DNA of 64,000 nt from contig JBHJHA010000058.1 of NCBI GenBank assembly GCA_050331235.1, positions 1 through 64,000 on the forward strand. Direction: 5' to 3'. This stretch comes from Leptolyngbyaceae cyanobacterium. GTDB lineage: Bacteria; Cyanobacteriota; Cyanobacteriia; Phormidesmidales; Phormidesmidaceae. Positions 1 through 10,984 of this stretch are shown here, in pieces. Position numbers and translations under genes: made by a program. Numbering within the stretch: the first letter of the stretch is position 1; every line of letters starts with the position of its first letter. The notes under the pieces were generated by a model. That model had not been told where the DNA came from and did no database searches. It saw only the letters and a list, made by a program, of their open reading frames with translations.

Positions 1-1
1 G

Positions 2-574
2 CTGCTCTCAAATCAAGACCTAAAGGCCGCTGAGGTGTCCTGGGCCTACAATCGGAAGGCTGATGCGGGTCCCTTAACAGTCCAGGAACTCATTGCCTGG
101 AAGCAGCGCATCTGGCAGTTTCAGCAAGCCATTCTTAGCCAGCCCTCGCCCGCCCAGGGTAGCCTGTTTCCTGCCTCCCCTTAGTCTGTGGAAGACACCC
201 TCAACCCCTTTATGCAGCCCCAAAGAAACGCAGAGTTTTGGCGGGGACACTTTAGCGACGCGGGTAATGCAGCGCTCTATTTTGTAGTTGACCATGAAGC
301 CAACGTTTTGCTGTACGTGGGCGAAACAGTAAAGGCAAACCAGCGCTGGAAAGGCACCCATGACTGCAAGCGCTACATTTTGAACTACGTGGCCGCTCAT
401 CGCAAGGTGGCGGTGCCTGTGGAAATCAACATTGGGTTTTGGCCCTACGCCGCCCAAGACCGCAAAGCTCGCCAAGCTTTAGAAGCAGAGCTAATTCGAA
501 AATGGCGATCGCCCTTCAATAAAGAAAATTGGCGATTGTGGGCCACTCCCTTTGTCGCGGCGGCTGATAGCTAA
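2..574 (+). pseudogene. GIY-YIG nuclease family protein, 5' partial, with an in-frame TAG at 182-184
   Basis: LYFVVD..LLYVGET..QRWKGTHDCKRY and WRSPFNKENW motifs; the same frame upstream reads ..WKQRIWQFQQ..QGSLF, then TAG. Confidence 0.65.
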
Positions 575-1108
575 ACCGGGCCAGCACTCAATATGACCAA
601 CAGCCTTATACAGAGTTAGGACTTACATCGCCCAAGGCGAGCAACGCTGAAATCTGGGCGATCGCGTCAGTCCACAACACCAGGCTCTTTATCAAATCTC
701 CAAACGTGAACAAATTTCGCAAATCATTCACTCAGCCTAGAAAAGGCAAGATACATTAACTTTTATTGCGGCAAGTTTTGGAGGTGATCCACTCGCCGCC
801 CCGTCTGGTTGCATCAATGTTGGGCTATCGAGGTTCTACAGCGGCTCTGCGCAACCTGGACTATGCCATGGGTTCACCCTCGTAGCAGGGAATATCACTC
901 TTCCGACCGACGAACTTGAGGCATAGCGTCAATTAAATTAATAAGTCAAGCAAACTAATTTTTTTAGTTAAGAAAGGCGTTTTGGCCTGAGGTTTAAGCA
1001 GCCATCAGTGAATAATCAAAGATGATGACGGATGTAGCTGTTCGAAAATCCCAATTGCTGGGAAAACATTCAAATAAAAGCACGAAATAAAAGCACAAGA
1101 GCTACGGT

Positions 1109-1534
1109 ATGGAGTTTCCAATTAATGTCTTGCTAGTGGAAGACGATGAGGTCGACGTGATGAATATGCGTCGAGCTCTCAAGCGCAAGCAGCTTTCAGT
1201 TCCTTTACAAGTAGCAAGGAATGGCTTGGATGCGTTGACGCTGTTGCAAGACAGTGCCGCCGCCGCTTTCAGGAGAAAGCGACAGCTCGTACTGCTCGAC
1301 CTCAACATGCCCAAAATGGGTGGGCTGGAGTTTTTAGGCGCTCTGAGGCAAGACCCTGACCTTCGTTGTTTGCCTGTGGTGGCGATGACTACCTCAGACG
1401 ATCCGGCAGACCGGCGTCAGGCTTATCAGCTCAATGTGGCGGGATATGTGTTGAAGCCAGTAAAATTTGCCGAGTTTGCCGATCGCATTGAGACGTTGGT
1501 ACGCTACTGGTCCTACTGTGAAATGCCCAAATAA
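1109..1534 (+). CDS. Single-domain response regulator (Rcp1-like)
   Basis: LLVEDD, LLDLNMPKMGG, MTTS, KP receiver motifs. Confidence 0.9.
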   Translation: MEFPINVLLVEDDEVDVMNMRRALKRKQLSVPLQVARNGLDALTLLQDSAAAAFRRKRQLVLLDLNMPKMGGLEFLGALRQDPDLRCLPVVAMTTSDDPADRRQAYQLNVAGYVLKPVKFAEFADRIETLVRYWSYCEMPK

Positions 1535-1555
1535 TTTGGAAGACGCGATCGGCCA

Positions 1556-2818
1556 ATGACATCTACATCTGATGCAAGGGTGACAGATTTGAGCCTCTCG
1601 GAAAATTTTCTGAGAATTTTGACGGTAGACGATGACGCCGCCGATCGCATGCTGTTTCGCCGCACACTCCGGCAGACCAGGCTCAATATCGCCGAACTGG
1701 CAGAAGCGACGGATGCTCAAAATGCAATTGCCACGCTACAGGCGCATCGTTTTGACTGCATTTTCATCGATTACCGGTTGCCTGATCTCAATGGCTTACA
1801 ACTGATTCAGCAACTCCGCTCCGAGGGGGTAACGGTGCCCCTCGTCGTCCTCACGGGCTTGGGCGACCAAGAGACAGCCGTGGAATTGATGAAGGCAGGG
1901 GCTTCTGACTATGTCGTCAAATCGCGGCTAAGTGCTGACCTGCTTGCCCAGTGCATCCGCAGTGCACTGCGCATCTTTGAAGCAGAGGAAGCTGTCCGCC
2001 GGGCCCAGCAAGAGGTACAGATGACCAATGCGCTGTTGGTACAGCAAAACCGGGCGCTAGAAGACCAACGTCGGGAAATTCAACGGCAAAACTTGGAAAT
2101 CATGCGGGCATCTCAGCTGAAGTCTGAGTTTCTAGCGACGATGTCCCACGAGCTGCGGACTCCTCTCAATGCAATCATTGGTTTCTCGCAACTGCTGGGC
2201 CGCCGCCGCAACGATAAATGGACGGACCAGCAAGCTGAGATGGTGCAGCGCATCTACCGTAATGCCCATAATCTGCTGGGTTTACTCAACGAAATTTTGG
2301 ATTTTTCTAAGCTGGGTGCCCGGCGGCTAGAGCTACAGCCCGTGCCGTTAAATGTCATCGGTCTGGCTGAGGATACTGTCTCAGAGATGCAGTCCCTAGC
2401 AAAACAAAAGGGCTTGCAGCTCACCTGTGACTGCAAAATTGACGATCCCATGATTAAGAATGATCCGCTGCGGCTGCGCCAAGTCATGATTAATTTGCTG
2501 TCCAACGGGATTAAGTTTACCGACGTGGGCCATGTCACGCTGACAGTCAATAATGCTGATGACTCTAGTCCCCATGACATTTTGATTTCGGTGACTGATA
2601 CGGGGAGTGGCATCCATTGTGATGATGTAGATAGTATTTTCGAGGCGTTTCGGCAAATTGATCAAAGCAGTACTCGCAGGCATAACGGCACTGGCCTCGG
2701 GTTAGCGATCGTCAATGCCATTGTCGGGCTGATGGGCGGCAGTATCAGCGTCGAGAGCAATCTTGGCCAGGGCAGCACCTTTGAGGTCCAAATTCCCCGG
2801 GTTGTTGATCGCAGCTGA
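1556..2818 (+). CDS. Hybrid histidine kinase (REC-HisKA-HATPase)
   Basis: N-terminal receiver (VDDD, IDYRLPD); SHELRTPLN H-box; NLLSNGIKFT; DTGSG; GTGLGL. Confidence 0.92.
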   Translation: MTSTSDARVTDLSLSENFLRILTVDDDAADRMLFRRTLRQTRLNIAELAEATDAQNAIATLQAHRFDCIFIDYRLPDLNGLQLIQQLRSEGVTVPLVVLTGLGDQETAVELMKAGASDYVVKSRLSADLLAQCIRSALRIFEAEEAVRRAQQEVQMTNALLVQQNRALEDQRREIQRQNLEIMRASQLKSEFLATMSHELRTPLNAIIGFSQLLGRRRNDKWTDQQAEMVQRIYRNAHNLLGLLNEILDFSKLGARRLELQPVPLNVIGLAEDTVSEMQSLAKQKGLQLTCDCKIDDPMIKNDPLRLRQVMINLLSNGIKFTDVGHVTLTVNNADDSSPHDILISVTDTGSGIHCDDVDSIFEAFRQIDQSSTRRHNGTGLGLAIVNAIVGLMGGSISVESNLGQGSTFEVQIPRVVDRS

Positions 2819-4188
2819 TGACTTTTGAGTTTCCGGTAACGTTTCAATGGGGGGCAGCGACAGCGGCTTACCAGATCGAAGGGGCGGCGATCGCCGAGGG
2901 GCGTGGGTTGAGTGTCTGGGATACCTTTAGCGCTATCCCTGGTCGCGTTCAAAACGGTGATACTGGCGCAGTCGCCTGCGACCATTACTACCGTTATCGT
3001 GATGACATCAAGCTGCTGGCTGAGTTAGGAGTCAAGCATTATCGACTCAGCATTGCCTGGCCACGCATTTTGCCAGCCGGGACCGGCGTTGTTAATCAAG
3101 CCGGATTGGCCTTTTACCAGAGGTTAATTGACGCACTGTTGCACCATGGCATTACGCCCCATGTCACGTTGTTTCACTGGGATAGCCCCCAAGTGCTAGA
3201 AGACCGCTATGGCTCGTGGCGCGATCGCCGCATGGCCCAGGATTTTGCTGACTATGTCACGGTGGTGGTCAAGGCTTTGGGCGATCGTGTCACCCATTGG
3301 ATCACCCTGAATGAAATTTTTTGCTTCACCCACATGGGCTATGGCGTTCACCAAGTGCCGCCCCATGCACCAGGTACCGTCGTTGACTCTGTAAAAGCTG
3401 TATGGCAAACGTCGCACCATGCGCTCTTGGCCCATGGGCTGGGATGTCAAGCGATCCGCGCGACCTCTCCCCAGCCGTGCCATATCTCTCTGGTGGACAA
3501 CTTTTTGGCGACCGTTCCGGTGACAGAGACCCCCGTAGACATCGCAGCAGCACAAAAGGCCTTTCATACGGTGGGCACCAACGGCGGCATCATCTTTCCT
3601 GCGCTGACGGGGCAGTACAGCCCAGCGTGGTTAGAGCAGGTAAGAGACCAAGCCCCGGATATCGCTCCCGGCGATCTAGAAACGATTGCCCAACCCCTCG
3701 ATGCCCTGGGCTTTAATGTCTATAGTGGGGTTTACGTGTGTGCCAGAGAAGCGGCTCCAGGATACGAAGTACTGCCCTTTCCCCAGGGGTATCCTCGACT
3801 GCATATGCCCTGGCTCCATATCGTGCCGGAGAGTTTGTACTGGGGCGTGCACCACGTCAGCACCACGCTAAGTCGCCCAGAACTGCCAGTATTCATTACT
3901 GAAAACGGCTGTGCGGCGCAAGATGTCGTCAATGCTCGAGGCGAAGTGCTCGATCTTGATCGCATTCACTACCTTCGCCAATATTTGCAAGCAGCTCACC
4001 GGGCCATCCAAGCAGGATTTCCACTGCAGGGGTATTTTGTCTGGAGTCTGATGGATAACTTTGAATGGGCCTATGGCTACGATCGCCGATTTGGTTTGAT
4101 TTATATTGATTATGACTCCCAGGCCCGCATTCCTAAGGCGAGTTATCACTGGTATCGCCAATGTATTGCGGCTGGGCGCATATTATAA
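2818..4188 (+). CDS. Beta-glucosidase, GH1 family
   Basis: FQWGAATAAYQIEG, TLNE acid/base, ITENG nucleophile, WSLMDNFEW. Confidence 0.95.
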   Translation: MTFEFPVTFQWGAATAAYQIEGAAIAEGRGLSVWDTFSAIPGRVQNGDTGAVACDHYYRYRDDIKLLAELGVKHYRLSIAWPRILPAGTGVVNQAGLAFYQRLIDALLHHGITPHVTLFHWDSPQVLEDRYGSWRDRRMAQDFADYVTVVVKALGDRVTHWITLNEIFCFTHMGYGVHQVPPHAPGTVVDSVKAVWQTSHHALLAHGLGCQAIRATSPQPCHISLVDNFLATVPVTETPVDIAAAQKAFHTVGTNGGIIFPALTGQYSPAWLEQVRDQAPDIAPGDLETIAQPLDALGFNVYSGVYVCAREAAPGYEVLPFPQGYPRLHMPWLHIVPESLYWGVHHVSTTLSRPELPVFITENGCAAQDVVNARGEVLDLDRIHYLRQYLQAAHRAIQAGFPLQGYFVWSLMDNFEWAYGYDRRFGLIYIDYDSQARIPKASYHWYRQCIAAGRIL

Positions 4189-4312
4189 ATACAGGTGATC
4201 TGACCTTCAGCCGATGGGCGATGGCATCACAATTAACGACTAAAAGCGATCGTCGAGTGCTCGAAAACATAGAGTATTGTTTATCGATACTGCTCATTGG
4301 GATGCGCAATCC

Positions 4313-4546
4313 ATGACTTTTTTGCTTTTTTGGCTCTTGGGATTTGGCATTCTCTGGGCTGGGCTAAACCTGTTTGATGATGAAGCCATTCTCATTGTGA
4401 GCATGTTGGTCGGGTCGGCACTGGTGTTAATTGGCTTGGTGTCAGCGCCAACAAACCTGCAAATTGGCATCGAAGTGGTGTTGATTGTGACGATTTTTCA
4501 TCTTTGCATGGAATGTATCGAGCGCGGTCGTCGAGACAGTCCGTAG
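4313..4546 (+). CDS. Small hypothetical membrane protein
   Basis: Hydrophobic segments; ATG at 4313 chosen over TTG at 4277. Confidence 0.6.
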   Translation: MTFLLFWLLGFGILWAGLNLFDDEAILIVSMLVGSALVLIGLVSAPTNLQIGIEVVLIVTIFHLCMECIERGRRDSP

Positions 4547-4607
4547 TATCCAACGGCAGACCTAGCTGCAGAGCGTTACAGTACATACCGTCGAATCGTA
4601 TCAGAGC

Positions 4608-5432
4608 ATGCCAGAGGGGCCAGAAATTCGAAAAGCGGCGGATAAGCTGGAAAATGCGATCGCCCGAAAACCAACCGTTGAGGTCTTTTTTGCCTTTGAG
4701 CATCTCCAACCTTACGGGCAGACTTTATCTGGGCAGACCGTGACTCACATCGCCACCTACGGCAAAGCGTTAGTCACTCACTTTGAATCGGGTCTCTGTG
4801 TCTACAGCCATAACCAGCTCTACGGCAAGTGGATGGTGCGCCAGGCTTACAACTTTCCCACCACAAATCGTCAACTGCGATTTGCCATCCATACGGAACG
4901 GAAGTCGGCTTTGCTCTACAGTGCATCTGACATTGAGGTACTGCGGGCCGAAGATGTGCTAGACCACCCCTTCATTCAAAAGCTAGGGCTCGATGTTTTA
5001 GACAAAGACTTAGTCCCTGAGCAGGTGTTGGACTGGGTGCAGGCAAAAGCCTTTTACCGTCGGCGATTTACCACATTGTTGTTGGATCAAGGCTTTTTAT
5101 GTGGGGTAGGCAACTATCTCCGTAGCGAAATTTTGTTTGTCAGCCGCCTTCATCCCACTAAACGACCAACCGATTGCGATCGCTATCAGCTCGCGCGGTT
5201 TGCCGATGCGGCGTTGGCCATTCCTCAACAGTCCTACCACCACAACGGCATTACCAATGACTTAGACATTGCGGCTGATCTAAAACAGCAAGGGTGGCCC
5301 CGCCGTCAATATCGCCATTGGGTGTTTGGCCGCGACGGCAACGGTTGCTACGTGTGTGGCACCGCAATTGTGAAAGAACGCTCGGGTGGACGACGCTACT
5401 ATTACTGTCCGCACTGTCAACCAGAGAGCTAA
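4608..5432 (+). CDS. nei: Endonuclease VIII (Fpg/Nei glycosylase)
   Basis: MPEGPEI N-terminus, LLLDQ..GVGNYLRSE H2TH motif, C-terminal CxxC..CPHCQ zinc finger. Confidence 0.9.
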   Translation: MPEGPEIRKAADKLENAIARKPTVEVFFAFEHLQPYGQTLSGQTVTHIATYGKALVTHFESGLCVYSHNQLYGKWMVRQAYNFPTTNRQLRFAIHTERKSALLYSASDIEVLRAEDVLDHPFIQKLGLDVLDKDLVPEQVLDWVQAKAFYRRRFTTLLLDQGFLCGVGNYLRSEILFVSRLHPTKRPTDCDRYQLARFADAALAIPQQSYHHNGITNDLDIAADLKQQGWPRRQYRHWVFGRDGNGCYVCGTAIVKERSGGRRYYYCPHCQPES

Positions 5433-5673
5433 GGGCTGGAGCGTCTCAAAGCTCAGTTTTGGCACCAGCAGCCCCAAGCAGTGCAAGCAAGGTTTGAGCC
5501 AACTATACTTTCCCGTGAATATCGAAGCTAAACGACCCCAAAATCACCATTTTCAGAACTATCACAATGCCCAATATCCACATTTGATTGTGAAATATTG
5601 CAGATAAAGTCAACTATTCGGAAATGCTGATATTGCGGGGAATACTACCGAGGACCTCCTAACTGCCCAAGCA

Positions 5674-6444
5674 ATGGAAATCACTGAGCAAACTGACACT
5701 GTCTTAAAGTTGGAATGCCGATATTTATGGGTGGCAACCATGGTGATGGTGCTCTTTTCGTTGCCGTGGCTAGCACCCGCGATCGCGGGTATAAACCTGG
5801 TGCGTTGGACGTCACTAACCTGCGATCGCACTGCTAGTCAACCAAGCACAGTCGATTGCAAAATCCAGACAGTAGAAATGTCTGATACCGCCTTTGCATA
5901 CCCCTTGCAAGAACCCGCCTACCCAAAACTATTCGACTTGCAGCAAGCTAAATTGCAAATTAATGAAGGGCGCAATGGTAACACCTATCGCCCGCTGCTT
6001 ATCACCCGAGAAATCGAAACCCCCTTTACAGAAAAGTATCATCTCCGTCGCAATGTAGTCGAAAAAGACATTGAGGATATCAATCAATTTCTCAACGATC
6101 AAGGCCGTAGTAATTTCGTCATGCGACACTACGAAATTTCAAGGGCCAAGTGGGCCTGGACGATACTAGGAATCATGGTGACTCCTGGAGTAATCTTCTT
6201 CAGCGGAATTTTTTGGGAACGCACTCTAGTTTGTACTTTTGATCGAAAAAACAATATCTGCAACCTCAAGCGAGGCAATCAATTCTGGTCAAGGAAAACT
6301 GAATTTCCATTGGAGATGATTTCAAAAGCTGAATTCTCCGGCATTACTGTCAAGCTAATTTTGAAATCTGGAAAACGGATAACATTGCGAGATCGGAAAT
6401 CTCCTCGCGCCCTCACCAAACTCATCAATCAGTTCCTTAATTAG
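5674..6444 (+). CDS. Hypothetical membrane protein
   Basis: 256-aa ORF with two hydrophobic segments. Confidence 0.7.
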   Translation: MEITEQTDTVLKLECRYLWVATMVMVLFSLPWLAPAIAGINLVRWTSLTCDRTASQPSTVDCKIQTVEMSDTAFAYPLQEPAYPKLFDLQQAKLQINEGRNGNTYRPLLITREIETPFTEKYHLRRNVVEKDIEDINQFLNDQGRSNFVMRHYEISRAKWAWTILGIMVTPGVIFFSGIFWERTLVCTFDRKNNICNLKRGNQFWSRKTEFPLEMISKAEFSGITVKLILKSGKRITLRDRKSPRALTKLINQFLN

Positions 6445-6599
6445 GCTGGGTTTTTACTGTGGGAAAGCTGGTCACCAAGGTCTAAAGTTGCTGTCTAGCA
6501 GGCGTTCTACCCACAAAACTGTCTGAGCAGATGCAGCTTCCAGCGGCCCGACTTGAGTCCGATGTGGGCCAGTCGAGTACCCCAGTCAACAATCTAGAG

Positions 6600-6705
6600 C
6601 AATTCTCTGTAATCGCGCTACAGATTTGCAGATCCCCCGCTGCCGCTGCCCCCTTGAAAAAGGGGCTTTGAAAAATCTATATGTAGTTGTGATTCGCAGA
6701 GATAG
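6600..6705. repeat. Dispersed ~106-bp MITE-like repeat, copy 1
   Basis: About 90% identical to the reverse complement of 22992-23097; imperfect terminal inverted repeats; central CCCCTTGAAAAAGGGG hairpin. Confidence 0.85.
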
Positions 6706-6830
6706 GATACCTGGTCGCAACTCCTTGATAGAACGACAACCCGTTCTCATCAACGGTAGCGTTCATCTCTCTAGTTCACTAAAAACCCAAACTTTCCACT
6801 GCTACAGCTCAGCTGGCTAGAAAATCACCA

Positions 6831-7172
6831 TTAGCTACCAAGCTTAAAGGCTTCAACAAATAGGCTGTAAATCAATCCAATCTTGAAGGCATTGGTAACC
6901 TCCATGAGCAGACTGTTTTTGCGGGCAAGGTTTTGGGGCGGGCGGCGATAGACCCACCAGCTAATCGCTTCCACCAGCGCTAGCAAAATTGCTGAAATCA
7001 CCACATCCAGTTCTGCCTTTTGGCCGGCGATGGAGGAAACTGCCGTCGCCAAAAAGAAGCCCAGCAAGAGGCTAATAATGACTAGCGATATCCGTCGCCA
7101 AGGGTTGAATACCCAACGGGAAAATTGATTAGCGATCGCCGAGACGAGAGTAGCCAGACGAGTGCGTTGCAT
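6831..7172 (-). CDS. DUF565 / Ycf20-like membrane protein
   Basis: MQRTRL start, NPWRRISL, C-terminal GLIYSLFVEAFKLGS. Confidence 0.85.
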   Translation of the reverse strand: MQRTRLATLVSAIANQFSRWVFNPWRRISLVIISLLLGFFLATAVSSIAGQKAELDVVISAILLALVEAISWWVYRRPPQNLARKNSLLMEVTNAFKIGLIYSLFVEAFKLGS

Positions 7173-7177
7173 AGGCG

Positions 7178-9415
7178 TTATTCCAGTTGGGCCGCACCAC
7201 AGCTGGGATGCAGTCCTCCCTGGGCACAAATATAGGACAACTGCTCTGGTGAAAAGTTGAGCCCGCGACTGAAATCCACATCCTGGTAGCGATCGCCAGT
7301 TTCGAGCTGTGGCACAGCCTCAACAAAGCTTCCTTCAGACTTGGCTTGGGGCTCCATCAAAATCGTTCCAGCAAAGTCGGTATTGTCAATTATCGCTCCC
7401 GCTAAAGACACCCCTCGCAGGTCAGCATCGCGAAAGCTTACACCACTCAAGTTGGTATTTCTCAGGTTGGCATTTTGCAAAGTCGCATCGGTTAAGTCGG
7501 CGTTGGTCATGGCAGCCTGACTCAAGTCAGCACTCTGGAGCTGAGCCGCATTGGCGACAACATCTTGCAAGTTAGCGGCAATCAGTTGTGCCCCTGCTGC
7601 CTGTACACCAGCTAGGCGAGCCCCCGTCAAATCGGCCTGGAGGAGCTCCGCTTCGGTTAAATCAGCCTTAGAAAGACGGGCTTCGGCCAGCACCGCTTGG
7701 CTTAACACGGCTTGGATGAGGCTGGCGTGCTCTAAATTGGCACCGCTCAGATTGGCTAGCGTCAAATCAGCGCGGGTCAGGTCGGCTCTCAGCAGACCAC
7801 TGTTGACCATGCGGCTGAGGGTCAAGTCAGCGCCCGCGAGGTTGGCATAGGTCAAATCAGCCCCACTCAAATCAGCGGTGCGATCGTCGTAGGTATCGGC
7901 ATGGGTATCAGCCCCCGGATGGTAAAAGCGAGTGCTTTGAAACTGCGCCCGGTTTAGCACTGACCCCTGCCATTGAATTCCCGACAAATCCTGATTTTTG
8001 AGCACCAGTCGAAAGTCACCATGCCCCTCACCAACGAATCCCAGGTTCATGCGACTGAGGTCAACACCGGCGGCGGTGCGATCGCCCGCTTCCAGTAGCA
8101 GTAGCTTGTTGACAATCCGGTTCACCGTTTGTAATCGAATCACCGTTGTGCGGTGCAGACCTGGATCGCCCTGCATGGCTAGATCGGCAGCTAGCCCTTG
8201 ATTAAGCCGACGGAGGGGCGCAAAGGCCGCAGGCCCCCGGGCAATCAGCGCCTGCTGGAGGGCATCTAACCAAAGGGGATCATCCGTTTGGGCGATGAGG
8301 TCTACGAGCAACGGCGTGACTCGGTCATCAGGCAGGTTGCCCAAAGCCAGCACCGCCGCGCGCCGCGCCGCCGGGTCGAGCTCCGGATTGGTCAGAGTGG
8401 AGACCAAATCAGCGTAGAGCGTTTCATCAGCACTCGGTGGGGTAGAGATCGCCGGTCGCCCCACGAGAAAGTAGCTCCCAACCCCAAGCAAACTACCAAA
8501 GGTCAGCAATACGCCGAGGCCAATCCCCACTTTTGGTAAGGTCAGATCGGCAACCTGCCAGCGAGCTCCCTCAGGATTCATCACGACGGCAGCAGGCCCC
8601 ACGGCTCGCATCCAATCAGAGGCCCGGCCCAAACCCTGGGGAATTTGGGCCTCCGCCTGCCACAAACTTGAAAGATGGATGATCGCGCCCGTTTCTTGAT
8701 CGACAAGACAAGTCCCGCTGATCCAGTCGTGCCAAGCGCGGCGCGGGCGGTTGCTCAATCCCGTAAGACTCTCTGCCAACAGGGCCACCCCCGACAGACC
8801 GACTAACGCCCCAATCACAGGAAACGCTCCACCTATGACCCAAACGCCATAGGCGATCGCTAAGGGAGTGCCCCATTTGCCCACGACCTCGCGGATGATT
8901 GCTCGTCCGATACCGGGCATCTGCCCATTGAGGGCTAAGACCTGGAGCCCCAACCAGCGTTTAGGCCAGCTATGGCCGTGGCGACCCAGGCTGTAGACGT
9001 GACCTGCAATAAGCAAAATCGGTAAGCTTAACGCCGCTGACCACAGTAGATTAGTCCAAGGCGACACTTGCGTCGGTAGCGATCGCGGAGGAACGCCTAA
9101 GAGTTTAGCCCCATGCTGCTGTACCGCTCGCAATGTAGTCGAGAGTTCCGCCTTGGGTTCATCGCTGATTTCGTTGAGCTGATGACCGAGATAAGCCGGG
9201 CCAGCCATGCTCCCTGTGAGCACAACGAGCTCCAAACTCCAGGCTAAAAGCCGTCGCCCCAGAGTCGGGACCACCTGTGCCATTGAAAGCGTGGGTGAGT
9301 GACTAGGTGAATGCTGGCCAATCGGCTGTTTCCCGGTGTGGTTCACCGGGGGCTCGGGATGAGCAGGCGGCGGAGCAGCACGGTTCGAAGAATTTCGCCG
9401 GGGGAAGAAGCGCAT
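7178..9415 (-). CDS. RDD + HEAT-like + pentapeptide-repeat membrane protein
   Basis: RRLLAWSLE...RAWHDWISGT (RDD), RRAAVLALG (HEAT-like), long ADLxx/ANLxx repeats; start uncertain. Confidence 0.8.
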   Translation of the reverse strand: MRFFPRRNSSNRAAPPPAHPEPPVNHTGKQPIGQHSPSHSPTLSMAQVVPTLGRRLLAWSLELVVLTGSMAGPAYLGHQLNEISDEPKAELSTTLRAVQQHGAKLLGVPPRSLPTQVSPWTNLLWSAALSLPILLIAGHVYSLGRHGHSWPKRWLGLQVLALNGQMPGIGRAIIREVVGKWGTPLAIAYGVWVIGGAFPVIGALVGLSGVALLAESLTGLSNRPRRAWHDWISGTCLVDQETGAIIHLSSLWQAEAQIPQGLGRASDWMRAVGPAAVVMNPEGARWQVADLTLPKVGIGLGVLLTFGSLLGVGSYFLVGRPAISTPPSADETLYADLVSTLTNPELDPAARRAAVLALGNLPDDRVTPLLVDLIAQTDDPLWLDALQQALIARGPAAFAPLRRLNQGLAADLAMQGDPGLHRTTVIRLQTVNRIVNKLLLLEAGDRTAAGVDLSRMNLGFVGEGHGDFRLVLKNQDLSGIQWQGSVLNRAQFQSTRFYHPGADTHADTYDDRTADLSGADLTYANLAGADLTLSRMVNSGLLRADLTRADLTLANLSGANLEHASLIQAVLSQAVLAEARLSKADLTEAELLQADLTGARLAGVQAAGAQLIAANLQDVVANAAQLQSADLSQAAMTNADLTDATLQNANLRNTNLSGVSFRDADLRGVSLAGAIIDNTDFAGTILMEPQAKSEGSFVEAVPQLETGDRYQDVDFSRGLNFSPEQLSYICAQGGLHPSCGAAQLE

Positions 9416-9547
9416 AGCGGGCAAAATCGGGCGGTATGCTACCTGTTGTACCACCGTTATTGGGATTGCGCTGCCTTTTATGCCGACTTTGAGACAAACT
9501 GCGATAAAGCGATCGCGCCATTGACGACGACACAATAACGATAGCTC

Positions 9548-10984
9548 CTAAAAAATCGAGACCGTTGCATCAAAGCTGATACCAAAGAAAGAATCATCGA
9601 AATTGATGCGACTTTCCGATGAGCGCCCGGCACTGAGCCCTCCAAAGATAGACAGCCTGACCGAAGGCGTAATTGAATAACGGAGCTGCCCAGTGAGCCG
9701 CTGATAAGCTTCGTGGCGGCTTTGCTGAGTAAAGTCAGAAATCGTAAACCGATAGCCGATACCAGTGTCCCACTGGGGACTGATGCGATAGCCCAAATAA
9801 GCACCCACCGAGTTTAAAATATTGCTAAACTCCTCGGGATTACTAAAGAACACTTGGCCTTGGTAATAGCTATCCAAGATGAGCCGGGGCGTCAACGGAT
9901 CGCGGCGGCCCAGCGTAATTTCAAACCCCGTGTTGGTAAAAAACTGGTCTTTGTAGCCTTCATCAAACAGCAGCTGCTGACTCAGGTTGAACTGCCCATA
10001 GGCCCGTTCAGAAAATCGATGGCGAATGCCCGCCCGGAAACGAACTTCGTCGTAACTCGAATTACTTTGTTCTTCATAGCGCAAGAAATTTGTTGTCGCT
10101 GAAATCAGCAGATTGGTATCCGGCCCAATTGCTGGAAATGCGGTCAGGCTGATACCCGGACGAATAAAGTTATCACCAAATCGTCCCTGTATCGGGTCTT
10201 CGACCAAGAAGATGTTGTCGCTACTGCTGGCTGACACATAGCTAGACACAAACAAAAAGGGACGACGTCTTGGCGGCGGTGCAATTTGCTGCAGCTCAAT
10301 GATGCCCAGCTCAGGGTCTTGGAGGGGATGACGTAGGCGAATTTCACCGAGTTCGTCGTCCCGCTGCACTTCAGAGACTTCAATGACGCCTAGCTCAGGG
10401 TCTTGTCCAATAGTAGTGGCAGGAGCATCTAACGACACGGGAGTCGCTGGTTGATCGTCCGTAGTAGTCGGGGGGCTCAAAGCAATGGATTGCGAGGACG
10501 TGACTGGAGCAGCCAGAAACTCATCCAGCAAAGGGATTACACTTTTTTGCGGTTTGTCGGCAGGCTCAAGCTTAAACTCAAGCTCTGGAGCTGCTGGGGG
10601 GGCTAAGCTTTCCAGCCCCAGATTAGCCAGTCTCGAAGTTGAGGTGTCGAGAGATGTCCTGGGTATGGCGGCCGTCGCCAGAGGCTCGCTGACATCGTTC
10701 TCACTTGTCGGGGAGCCCAACTGAGTTGCCAAGTTTTGCTCTGTCCTAGATACCGGTGCCTGGCTCGCGCCTTGCCGGCGATCAGTGGCCTCCAGCGGGT
10801 TTCCTTGAGCAGTTGACCAGCGGTCTGTATAGGAGCGATCGCCGGCCCCATACTTTTGAGCCATGGCGGCCACTTTGACATCCTCTGCATTGGCCGACGA
10901 CGGCTGAAGGCTAGCAGCAACCAAACACCAACCGAGGGTCCAAGATGAAAGCGTGATAAAACGACTGACCACTAGCGGCTCCAC
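9548..10984 (-). CDS. Putative outer-membrane beta-barrel protein with a disordered N-terminus
   Basis: Signal-peptide-like N-terminus, amphipathic beta-strand C-terminal half, terminal Phe (DATVSIF). Confidence 0.65.
   Translation of the reverse strand: MEPLVVSRFITLSSWTLGWCLVAASLQPSSANAEDVKVAAMAQKYGAGDRSYTDRWSTAQGNPLEATDRRQGASQAPVSRTEQNLATQLGSPTSENDVSEPLATAAIPRTSLDTSTSRLANLGLESLAPPAAPELEFKLEPADKPQKSVIPLLDEFLAAPVTSSQSIALSPPTTTDDQPATPVSLDAPATTIGQDPELGVIEVSEVQRDDELGEIRLRHPLQDPELGIIELQQIAPPPRRRPFLFVSSYVSASSSDNIFLVEDPIQGRFGDNFIRPGISLTAFPAIGPDTNLLISATTNFLRYEEQSNSSYDEVRFRAGIRHRFSERAYGQFNLSQQLLFDEGYKDQFFTNTGFEITLGRRDPLTPRLILDSYYQGQVFFSNPEEFSNILNSVGAYLGYRISPQWDTGIGYRFTISDFTQQSRHEAYQRLTGQLRYSITPSVRLSIFGGLSAGRSSESRINFDDSFFGISFDATVSIF

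Noticed and set aside
1072..1096. Tandem AAATAAAAGCAC x2 upstream of the response regulator
   Set aside because: Could be an operator or simple slippage; too short to support a call
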